Shown here piece by piece: positions 29,394 to 37,906 of a DNA stretch of 64,000 bases. The stretch lies in NCBI GenBank assembly GCA_030672305.1, contig DAOVGR010000064.1, positions 33,080-97,079 of the forward strand, written 5' to 3'. The notes beneath the pieces were generated by a model that saw only the letters and a list, made by a program, of their open reading frames with translations, was not told where the DNA came from and did not search any database. How positions within the stretch are numbered: position 1 is the stretch's first letter; every line of letters starts with the position of its first letter. The DNA comes from Thermoplasmatales archaeon. Lineage in GTDB: Archaea; Thermoplasmatota; E2; DHVEG-1. The translations under genes and the position numbers were made by a program.

Positions 29394-31016
29394 ATGAAGA
29401 GATTATTGATAATTGGTGTAATTATAGCTGTTTTCATACTCATAGGAAGTCTATTCTATACAGGTATAATCCCAGGGCTTGGAGTCCTGGATAACGATAC
29501 CAATACAATATCAAAAACCCATATATGCATCAAAGGAAATGGAAGAAGTGAACTACTGGATAAAAAAGGATACATCCTGAGTTATAAAAATGATGAATTC
29601 AGTGAAAAAATAAGCATCATAGGTCAACTGCAAAAAACTGGTTCTGATTGTGCTCATTGTGGTTTTTTGTATGAAAAAGTAAGATATCTTGTTTATCTGA
29701 AACTGGATTCTTCGCATGAGTATGAACTTATGAGTTCACCAGGAGATACAAAGAGATATTTTAGTAATCCTAACCCTGGTGAGATGTATAAACCTGCTCT
29801 TGGATGCTGGAAGGACAATGCAGGGAACCCCAGAGATGATGGATATCAAAGACCTTATGATTTTTACTTGGTTGGAAATGATTATTCAAATGGCGCAATC
29901 AAAGCGGTAATCCAATGTAAACTAGACTTGAGCATGTGGGATGATAAAGGTTCAAAATGGTACACCATGGCCATTGATGAAGCATTCCTATACAGCGGAT
30001 ATGGTGGACTACATCTCCCCAGGGGACTTGAAGATGAACTAGATAAACCATATAGCACATTTGAAGTAGGACAAACAGTCAAAATAGGAGTAGAAACCGC
30101 AAAAGGTGGACAAACCGGAGATAACCAAAACTGGCGCGTAACACTCAATAAACCCTATTCTGGAAACATTGACAGTCCTGAAGATGGAACAGTGGTGGTT
30201 TCTCAGAATTTCCCGGATGATTGTGATCCTAGTAATACATTTTTTGAATTTACTGTTACTGATGAAATGGCCAGGCAATCAATGAGTAATTCTTATCCGT
30301 ATACTGTTAGGATTTGGAATACACTTCTCCCCAAGGGTTCACTTCAGATTGATTTTGTTGATTTTGTTGCTGGTTGTCCCAGTGATGTTGATTTTGTAGG
30401 ATCAATAAAGGTCAAAGTTGGTGAAACTACAACTGTTGATCTTTCTGCAACTGTAAGCAGTGGATCCAGTGCAAGTATTGATTATTTCAGAGTTGCAGTG
30501 ATCTATGGAACCAATGATGCATTGCTTCCAGGGGATCATAGCAGTAGTCTTTGGATTATTCATACAACACCAGTTGGAAATGATGATAGCAAAGCATGTG
30601 GTGTTCCACAGACTATCCAGTTTAAAGCAGATAGGGAAGAATTTGTAACTGTTCATGCAAAAGCATTTGATACTGATGGAAGGGGATCTAAAACAACCCG
30701 GACATTTACAATGAAGATATGGGGTGAATCTGGTGAACCACCAGATGAAACCATTGCAGATGAAACAGGTGATGCTGATTATGGTGGTGGACATACAAGT
30801 GGATGGCATCCTTGGGATCCCAGTGAAGGAACCTGGGAACAAGGACTCCCAATAAAAATTGATACAACAGGAGTTATCATTGCTATAGTTATCCTGGCTA
30901 TTTTTGCATTGATTGCCTTACTTATTCCTAATCTGAATCAATATATCCGGTTCGCAATCATACTTGTTGGAGTTGCAATTGCAATCATCCAATATCTATT
31001 ATTCTTCATATCCTGA
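29394..31016 (+). CDS. 540-aa membrane-anchored surface protein
   Basis: N-terminal signal/anchor, beta-rich ectodomain with 8 Cys, acidic Gly-rich linker, two C-terminal TM helices. Confidence 0.75.
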   Translation: MKRLLIIGVIIAVFILIGSLFYTGIIPGLGVLDNDTNTISKTHICIKGNGRSELLDKKGYILSYKNDEFSEKISIIGQLQKTGSDCAHCGFLYEKVRYLVYLKLDSSHEYELMSSPGDTKRYFSNPNPGEMYKPALGCWKDNAGNPRDDGYQRPYDFYLVGNDYSNGAIKAVIQCKLDLSMWDDKGSKWYTMAIDEAFLYSGYGGLHLPRGLEDELDKPYSTFEVGQTVKIGVETAKGGQTGDNQNWRVTLNKPYSGNIDSPEDGTVVVSQNFPDDCDPSNTFFEFTVTDEMARQSMSNSYPYTVRIWNTLLPKGSLQIDFVDFVAGCPSDVDFVGSIKVKVGETTTVDLSATVSSGSSASIDYFRVAVIYGTNDALLPGDHSSSLWIIHTTPVGNDDSKACGVPQTIQFKADREEFVTVHAKAFDTDGRGSKTTRTFTMKIWGESGEPPDETIADETGDADYGGGHTSGWHPWDPSEGTWEQGLPIKIDTTGVIIAIVILAIFALIALLIPNLNQYIRFAIILVGVAIAIIQYLLFFIS

Positions 31017-31122
31017 AATATTTAGACTTGCCAAAATATCTAGAAGAAGGGCTAATGGCAAGAGGTTAAACTATTCACCTTCATAATAGCCCTCTTCTCT
31101 CCTTAAAAAAAGAGGTAAAAAA

Positions 31123-31521
31123 ATGAATCTAACAGATCTAACTGATTTATGCTGTGGAATCACTTTTCCAATAATTGGAATAGTTGTTACAGTGTTTTTG
31201 CTGTATCTTAGAAAGAAAGGATATTCTTTCAATCTTAGAAGTCTATGGGATGATGATGATGCTGTAATGGTTATTTCCAGAGCTTTTGCAATTGGCGTTC
31301 CATTGATCCTGGTAACAATTTTTCATACTGCTAATGCTTTTGGGATTGGAATATGGGAACCACTTCTCAGTATAGCATTAGCATCAGCAATTATAATTTC
31401 TGGTGCTGTTATCGCTGTTCTTGGTCTAAAAGTAGGTTTTTATTATCCGATGATGCTGATTTTCATCATCTGGGTTCTATTGATCTATGTTTATCTTCAA
31501 TTTGAAGCTAACATAATATAA
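31123..31521 (+). CDS. Small four-TM membrane protein
   Basis: Hydrophobicity pattern; AGAGGT SD. Confidence 0.75.
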   Translation: MNLTDLTDLCCGITFPIIGIVVTVFLLYLRKKGYSFNLRSLWDDDDAVMVISRAFAIGVPLILVTIFHTANAFGIGIWEPLLSIALASAIIISGAVIAVLGLKVGFYYPMMLIFIIWVLLIYVYLQFEANII

Positions 31522-31544
31522 AAAAAATAATAAAAAAAAGAGTT

Positions 31545-31853
31545 TTAGATATCTATACCAAATTGATGCATCAACTGATACCCACGATTCTTGAAATAAC
31601 CCTTTTCTAAAATCTGATTGAATAATAAATCATCGATATTATCGTTTATTATTCCCAGGTAATCACAACCTTTGGAATCTTTTTCTGGTTCTCCCTTTTC
31701 ATCTGTAAGTTGATTTTTCAAAACTTTATCATAGATCTTCCAGGTAACAAGAACACCATCCACAAAAGTTAATTGATTCTCTTGATCATCTGCATAATAT
31801 CTTTCTGTGTATTCACTTAAACTTTCTTTTTTTTTCTTTTTCAGTTCTGTCAA
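31545..31853 (-). CDS. Hypothetical protein
   Basis: 102-aa ORF with GAGGTG SD. Confidence 0.6.
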   Translation of the reverse strand: MTELKKKKKESLSEYTERYYADDQENQLTFVDGVLVTWKIYDKVLKNQLTDEKGEPEKDSKGCDYLGIINDNIDDLLFNQILEKGYFKNRGYQLMHQFGIDI

Positions 31854-31869
31854 GATTCAACACCTCTTT

Positions 31870-32094
31870 TTAATCTATTAAGAAATACTGATTCATTTTG
31901 TCGAATTTATCTTCTTTTAATCTTCGGATCATACTTCGAAGAGTCTCTTTAAGTTTTTCTAAAGGATCTTTATCCTTTTTCCACGTGTCACTGATCTCAT
32001 AAAGGAACTCTAGCACATCTTCAGAGCTCATATTCTTTATTTCTTCTAAAGCTTCTATTTTGTCTTCATTTTCCATATGTTTCAATTCTCCCAA
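31870..32094 (-). CDS. Hypothetical acidic helical protein
   Basis: 74-aa ORF in operon with the previous gene. Confidence 0.55.
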   Translation of the reverse strand: MGELKHMENEDKIEALEEIKNMSSEDVLEFLYEISDTWKKDKDPLEKLKETLRSMIRRLKEDKFDKMNQYFLID

Positions 32095-32140
32095 TTTTTT
32101 AAATTCATATTATAAAACTACTATTTAAATCTGCGTAGAA

Positions 32141-32338
32141 ATGTTTAAGTATGCGCAAAAGTATTTTAAGACTATGCCTGATTTAAAGAATTCTATGGGA
32201 TCTAAACCATTGAATATCAGTCTACCAGAAGAACAAAGAGATGAACTTAAAAGATTAGCAGAAAAAGAGAATAGAGCTATCAGTCATCAAATAATTCATA
32301 TGATGAAATTTTATATCAAACATAAAGATAAGATTTAA
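32141..32338 (+). CDS. Arc/CopG-like ribbon-helix-helix regulator
   Basis: LNISLPEEQRDELKRLAEKENRAISHQII. Confidence 0.85.
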   Translation: MFKYAQKYFKTMPDLKNSMGSKPLNISLPEEQRDELKRLAEKENRAISHQIIHMMKFYIKHKDKI

Positions 32339-32355
32339 TGATGAAAAGGTAGTAT

Positions 32356-32441
32356 TGATATCATTGTTAGATCCAACTGATCAGTGTTTTGATATCACTT
32401 TGTTGCGGGATCCTGTGGATATCCAACCGTTTTTGATATCA
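32356..32441 (-). repeat. Phased palindromic site F, inverted copy of site E
   Basis: TGATATCA at 32356, 32390, 32434 (34/44 steps). Confidence 0.9.
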
Positions 32442-32449
32442 TGATTAAT

Positions 32450-33148
32450 TTATTTAGTATTCACACATGTAAATTTAATTACATTTGGTGCAAAATTAAT
32501 ATCTTTTTCTAAAATAGAAATAGCTTTATTTGCTTCCTTAGAAAAATCTTTGACACGGGTATAACAATTAATAATAAATTCAATACGAGAATGAGTTGCC
32601 AATTCACAAAACGTATCTTTTAAAATTACATTTTTAAATCTAATTGATTTAATTGCTTGATGAATTTGAAAATATTTTTCAAAAACTATTCCATCCTCTA
32701 AATTTAATTCAATTAATAAAAAAGTTATTTTTTCTCTTAAAGCCGGAACAATAACTCTTATCATATTCAAAGACAGTTCTGAAAGATAATTTGATAATTT
32801 TTCAATAGGATTTCCTTTTAAAAAATCATATATTTTTTCATATAAAAACTTATAAAAATTTTCAGTTTTTTTATCCTCTTCAATAAGCTTATTAAAAGAT
32901 TTAATAAGATAAGAATCTCTTTCAAATTTAGAATCAATTTCAGCTATTTTTTTTATTTTTTTCAATGATTTTTCTACTACATATGTAATTTTGTGTCTTA
33001 TTTGCTCTTGTGTATTACTTATAGTACTTTCACAAAAAAAACAATCATTTTTCTCCTTTTTTAATAAATTAGTTACAAAAGAATGATTCTTATCAAATTT
33101 ATTTAATAAAGGTATAATAAGACTATAATCCAAAGTATAATATGCCAA
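32450..33148 (-). CDS. Hypothetical protein, weak PIN-like N-terminus
   Basis: YTLDYSLIIPLL...DKNH resembles the first PIN strand and helix. Confidence 0.45.
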   Translation of the reverse strand: MAYYTLDYSLIIPLLNKFDKNHSFVTNLLKKEKNDCFFCESTISNTQEQIRHKITYVVEKSLKKIKKIAEIDSKFERDSYLIKSFNKLIEEDKKTENFYKFLYEKIYDFLKGNPIEKLSNYLSELSLNMIRVIVPALREKITFLLIELNLEDGIVFEKYFQIHQAIKSIRFKNVILKDTFCELATHSRIEFIINCYTRVKDFSKEANKAISILEKDINFAPNVIKFTCVNTK

Positions 33149-33877
33149 TTATCCACCTAATAATCCTAATACAACATTATAATCAGATGATGTTATATAG
33201 TTAGCATCAGGAATTTTATTCATTTCCAAATAACTACAAGAAATAGATCTTTCAAGTTCTTTTAATTTAATCTTATTCCTTTTATAAGCTTCCATTTTTA
33301 AAACTAAATAAAGTGAAAAATTGAATTGTCTTACAATTTTTTTAGGATTCATATCAACTAAAATATCTTTTAAATTTTCTTCAATTTTGTAAAATAATTG
33401 ATCTGTTATCATTAATTCATTTATTTTAGAATTTTTCTTCCATATTCTATATCCAATTTCTCTTCTTAAAATATTAATGTTTGAAAACAATTTTAAAATG
33501 GCAAAACGAATAACTTGTTTTTTAAGAGTAGGATCTAATTTTTTAAATGATGTTTCTGCTGATTCAAAATATTTCTTTAAATCAGAGTCTAAAAATATAT
33601 CCCTAACATTATCTTTAAATTTTTCAAGATCGCTCATAATATTAATAGATATTAAATCGGTAAGCGAATCAATGAGTTTTTCTTGTTGTTTTGTATCACT
33701 ATTCAATATAAAATCAAAAACTTTTGCTTCGTGAGATTTTCTAATTCTTTTTAAAATATTTTTACCACTGACCATTGGTTCATATAGTATTACTGTTTGG
33801 TTATACATCTCATCAGAGAAATCATTTAATACTCCAACTGCTGATAAATAATTATCTTTATCTGATGAATTTCCCAT
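33149..33877 (-). CDS. Hypothetical protein, weak PIN-like motifs
   Basis: C-terminal D..YITSSD; directly abuts the next gene. Confidence 0.4.
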   Translation of the reverse strand: MGNSSDKDNYLSAVGVLNDFSDEMYNQTVILYEPMVSGKNILKRIRKSHEAKVFDFILNSDTKQQEKLIDSLTDLISINIMSDLEKFKDNVRDIFLDSDLKKYFESAETSFKKLDPTLKKQVIRFAILKLFSNINILRREIGYRIWKKNSKINELMITDQLFYKIEENLKDILVDMNPKKIVRQFNFSLYLVLKMEAYKRNKIKLKELERSISCSYLEMNKIPDANYITSSDYNVVLGLLGG

Positions 33878-34023
33878 TTATTGAACCACCAAACAGAATT
33901 ATAATGCTGTTATTATATTATATAGGCTTCTTATTATATTTAATTTTACTTACACTTTTGTTGTTCTTAGAGTAATAAAATAGTATAAATAAATCTTTTT
34001 ATTAAATTTTTATTCTTTTTTAT

Positions 34024-34073
34024 TACCGTCATTTGTTAAGATCCTGCGATGGACCAAGTCTTTTTTAATAGCA
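34024..34073 (+). repeat. Degenerate site G, related to site A
   Basis: TACCGTCA then GATCCTGCGATGGACCA, matching GATCCTGCGATGGTCCA in site A. Confidence 0.65.
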
Positions 34074-34112
34074 ATTTAACATTTTTTAATTAAGGTAAAA
34101 CTTGAACATTCT

Positions 34113-34226
34113 AATTCTTCAGGAGGAAATAAGGAGTAAAAATGCCTTAAAGGTATGTTTTTCTACTGTAAAACCAGGAGTTTAGTTGAAAAAACAGAGT
34201 TGTAACAGGGTTTATTTTTATTCATG
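34113..34226 (+). other. Conserved non-coding element shared with element 1
   Basis: 94/110 identical to reverse complement of 10021-10133. Confidence 0.85.
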
Positions 34227-34401
34227 ACTTATTTTAAAAAGAGCTGAGACAAATACTCAGTTGGTTGAGGGTTTATCATTGACCTGAAAGCTTTGTTTTA
34301 TCGTCATATGCCGAAAATTGGTATAATTGATAATTGGTCTATAATCACAACGCCTTATTATATTTCATAATAACATCTATTAACAAATAGTTTATTTTAA
34401 T

Positions 34402-35070
34402 TTGATTTTGAATATGAGCCAAAAAGAATTATTAAAAATAGTATTTGGTAGTCTTGCCCTAGCATTTAGTGGTATTGTAGTGATTTTTGGTTTAATGAAA
34501 GATATGCCAATGATGTTAGCATGTCTTTCTGTTTCTCTTGGTTTATTGTCTGCCTATCTGGTTTTTGAAGCTAGAGTAGAACGAGAAAAGAAACTTCAAG
34601 AAGAAATTCGAAGAAAATTAACTATAATGAAATGGGAAAATGATTCAAATCTAGAGCTATTAAAAAAATTTAAAGATAGAATGGATAAACTATATCCTAA
34701 GAAATTATTGGATAAAAAATTACAACAACCAAGTAGTCTAAAGTATTATCTTACTTCAGAAGAAATAGAAATAATCCGCGATGGTAAAATATGGATTCAA
34801 AAACAACATTGTTTGTATGATAGTGCAATTCAAGTTTTAGAAATTGGTCATTATTTTAACAATGAATTTATTGACGTAATCAAGGAAAGTATTAAAAAAT
34901 TAGATGATTTAAACCAACAGAAAGATTTTGTTCAATCATGGATTATTGAAAAAGGTTTTAGGCTTAATCCCGATGAAATGAACGATCTACGTAATAAAAT
35001 TAACGAAGCAGATGAAATAAGTAAGAAACTGCAAAAAATGATATTACATGAACAAAATACTATTCTTTAA
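34402..35070 (+). CDS. Hypothetical protein, two N-terminal TM helices plus helical domain
   Basis: Hydrophobic N-terminus, coiled coil. Confidence 0.7.
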   Translation: MILNMSQKELLKIVFGSLALAFSGIVVIFGLMKDMPMMLACLSVSLGLLSAYLVFEARVEREKKLQEEIRRKLTIMKWENDSNLELLKKFKDRMDKLYPKKLLDKKLQQPSSLKYYLTSEEIEIIRDGKIWIQKQHCLYDSAIQVLEIGHYFNNEFIDVIKESIKKLDDLNQQKDFVQSWIIEKGFRLNPDEMNDLRNKINEADEISKKLQKMILHEQNTIL

Positions 35071-35162
35071 AAATAACAACTCTCTCTTTCTACTTTTTTT
35101 TATTAAAGTTTATAAGTAATTTTTCTTTATCTATAAAAAAAGTAGGAAATGGGGGAGGAAAA

Positions 35163-36192
35163 ATGAAAGGATTTTTTGATAAAAAACATTATTATGAAAT
35201 TGTATTACCAATAGATAATTTAGAGTTGACTTATAAAAGTTTTACTATCGGTAAAGTAAAATTTTTTGAATACAATAAATATCATTACCAAAAATTTATG
35301 AAGGAAATCCGAAAAAAAATTAATCGAAATCAATATTATAGAGATAAACCTCAAGCAAAAAAAAATGTAATTAAAAATATCTCAAGATACTATAAACAAA
35401 ATATTAAAGATAATAAAAAAAAAAATATGTAGCATTACAACATCTTATGGTCATATAGATGATGCTTATCTACGTGCTCTTCATGATACGAAAATTGCAA
35501 TAAATGTTTTAAAATTATACCGTTATCCAAATGATGATTTTTATAAAAGATATTTCGGTATCCAGGGTGAAATAATCCCAAGAAATGCACGAGCAGTTCT
35601 TACAAAAGCACCTCCAGATAAGTATCGCCCTACTGTTGAAGCTTATGGTTGTAGTTATCCTTATATAATTAATAATCAAAGAATAAATTTTATGAAACAA
35701 AATGGATTCAATTTACTTAATAATCTAATCAAAAAGAAAAAACATAATGCTTTAGATAAAAGGATTATTTCTGCTATTAATTGGTTTGGAGAAAGTTTCA
35801 ACTCTCATATAGCTCTAAGGGAAAATTATAAATCAATACATCAAACAAAAAGAATTGGATCAGGACGGGCAAAAAATTATGGTTTATCTGAACCACAGAG
35901 ACTTGTTTATTGTATAACAGCATTGGAAGGTTTATTTTCTTTTAGTAATTTTGATGATTATAAAGAAATAGGTAAAAGAATTTCAAAGATTCTTGGGCAA
36001 GATATTACTGTAGAGTATAAGAGATTATACAAAATCAGATGTAGTATTGTTCACAGAGGTTTAAGCTATGTTGATAAACGAGATCTTAATTCTATTTTTC
36101 ATTTAACCAAAGTAGCAATAATAACTTTAATTAAAAGAAAAGGGCGGTTAGGAATTAATAATGAACCAGATCTTAGGAATTGGTTAAAATAG
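35163..36192 (+). pseudogene. HEPN-domain (ApeA-like) gene split by a frameshift in an A11 run
   Basis: ORF 35163-35432 and a frame open from 35425 to 36192 join if one A of 35415-35425 is removed (342 aa); ITALEGL and RCSIVH (RxxxxH). Confidence 0.75.
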
Positions 36193-36475
36193 TTTTTTTC
36201 TACAGTTATCAACTTTAACATATACTGCAAATATATGGAAGCAATATTAAAATCCAGGCTTTTAAAAAAAAATTAAAATTGTATAGCTAATAACTAGAAG
36301 GTAATTTTAATATACCCATTGGTTATAACAGTTGAAAAAATAATGGAAGATATTCAATGACAATTATTAACACGATTACATACAAAAGGTTTATATACTA
36401 TAATAAAAACACTCAAAATAATAAAAAAAAGAATGATTTAATCTCAGTTGGCAATAATATAATATAGGTGATATT

Positions 36476-36700
36476 GTGATAATTCCTGTAAGATGTTTTA
36501 CTTGTGGAAAGGTTATTAGTGACGTTTATGAGGATTACAAAAAGCGGTATGAAGATTATAAAAAAGCGATAAGTGCTGGCGAAAAACCAAAAGAAACTCC
36601 CAAACAGATTCTTGATAATCTTGGTCTTGATAGATACTGTTGCAGACGTATGGTCCTAACTCACGTTGATTTAATCGGAGAAGCAGCACCTTACGAATAA
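36476..36700 (+). CDS. rpoN: DNA-directed RNA polymerase subunit Rpo10 (N)
   Basis: [12 protein letters not shown]...RYCCRRM. Confidence 0.97.
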   Translation: MIIPVRCFTCGKVISDVYEDYKKRYEDYKKAISAGEKPKETPKQILDNLGLDRYCCRRMVLTHVDLIGEAAPYE

Positions 36701-36763
36701 AAATAAAATCCATACTTTTATCAATTTTTATTTATTACATAGCTTTCCGATTAGTTTAATTTT

Positions 36764-36838
36764 GGGCGCGTGGCCTAGCCAGGATATGGCACTGGCCTTC
36801 TAAGCCAGTGATCGCGGGTTCGAATCCCGCCGCGTCCG
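36764..36838 (+). tRNA. tRNA-Arg (anticodon TCT)
   Basis: Acceptor GGGCGCG/CGCGTCC, anticodon arm CTGGC-CTTCTAA-GCCAG, GGTTCGAATCC T-loop. Confidence 0.97.
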
Positions 36839-37063
36839 TACCTCATCATACCGCTAATTTCTACTCGGAACAATAATTTATTCTGGTGTTTTTCATATTT
36901 CCCCACCGCCATTATAAACCTTAATTTTTTCATAGGTATGAAAATAATATCAATATTCTCAATATTTGTCAATAAATAATTAACAGAAATTTATAAATAT
37001 GATTTATAATAGTATAATATATAAAAATATTTACCATGTTATAATAGAGGTGAAGAACCAATA

Positions 37064-37195
37064 ATGATAATATATCACTGTAGAAACTGTAAAACTAATT
37101 TTGAGTTTCCAATGAAATTATCAGATGGATATGATCTTACACTATTAGTTTGTCCAAAATGTAAAAGCAATGATTGGGGAAATATTGCTGAATAA
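37064..37195 (+). CDS. Small Zn-ribbon protein (not in track)
   Basis: CRNC...CPKC, 43 aa, GAGGTGA SD. Confidence 0.65.
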   Translation: MIIYHCRNCKTNFEFPMKLSDGYDLTLLVCPKCKSNDWGNIAE

Positions 37196-37198
37196 GTT

Positions 37199-37642
37199 TT
37201 ATTCTCTAACACAGTTTAAAGTTAATATCATATTTTTTAATTTCATTATTTCATTATAATTATTATCTTTATCAATACCAGGTTCCTTTGTTACTGAATA
37301 TTGCTCAAGATGCTCAATATATATGTTTACAAGATGGAAAAAAGATAAAATGTGATTATCGATTGATATTTTATCTGATGAAATTTTCCAAAGGTCAGAA
37401 TTATAGTAATTTAATAATTCATTCAAAGATAAAATAGTATATTGATTGGTCTTGATTTTCCCTTCCTTTATTTTACATAAAAAATCTTTAATAACACAAT
37501 TTTGAAGTTCTAAAATAAATTCTATATCCTTTATTCTCTTTAAATCACTCTTAGATTCATTATTCAAATGAATTTCTTGGTTCTTAAGTAATCTTTGATT
37601 TTCTTCTTCCCTTAATTCCTTTACAATATCAGGTTCTATCAA
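37199..37642 (-). CDS. Hypothetical protein
   Basis: 147-aa ORF; N-terminal EPDIVKEL shared with the histidine kinase. Confidence 0.6.
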   Translation of the reverse strand: MIEPDIVKELREEENQRLLKNQEIHLNNESKSDLKRIKDIEFILELQNCVIKDFLCKIKEGKIKTNQYTILSLNELLNYYNSDLWKISSDKISIDNHILSFFHLVNIYIEHLEQYSVTKEPGIDKDNNYNEIMKLKNMILTLNCVRE

Positions 37643-37906
37643 TTTGCATCCCGTTTTTTTTATTGTAATAATGTATTTAAAATTATTATTTAATGTTTAT
37701 GAATTATTATCAATTTTTAAATTAAGGTCAAGCAATAATCAATCACAATAAACTCGATTATTCATTAAACTAGCCATACAATCGTAACACATCCCAGTTT
37801 CTATTTCATCTTTATCAATTAGTTCATTAACTCCACAAACACCACCTCTTTGCATTAAATCACTTTTAAAAAAATGGTAGGAATATTTAGAGAAGATTTC
37901 TTGTAA

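Larger units (their letters stand above)
21142..36469 (+). mobile_element. Integrative element 2 (~15.3 kb) between rps9 and rpo10
   Basis: ATATAGGT at 21142-21149 and 36462-36469; rejoining restores rps9 AGG-TGA overlapping the GGTGA SD of rpo10; integrase adjacent to the left end. Confidence 0.87.

Noticed and set aside
31014-31025. Stop-codon readthrough of the 540-aa protein
   Set aside because: An in-frame TAG follows three codons after the TGA.
11854-34073. Classical integron attC sites
   Set aside because: No RYYYAAC/GTTRRRY ends, sites occur as inverted pairs rather than one per gene in the same orientation, and no IntI-specific insertion was recognised in the integrases.
36322-36346. 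Weak similarity of the element-2 right end to the 85-bp subterminal repeat
   Set aside because: Short, gapped and AT-rich; cannot be distinguished from chance without a statistical test.
36764-36838. tRNA-Arg as integration site of element 2
   Set aside because: No duplicated tRNA 3' end was found; the element boundary is explained by the 8-bp repeat before rpo10.
36775-36972. 65-aa minus-strand ORF
   Set aside because: Antisense to tRNA-Arg.
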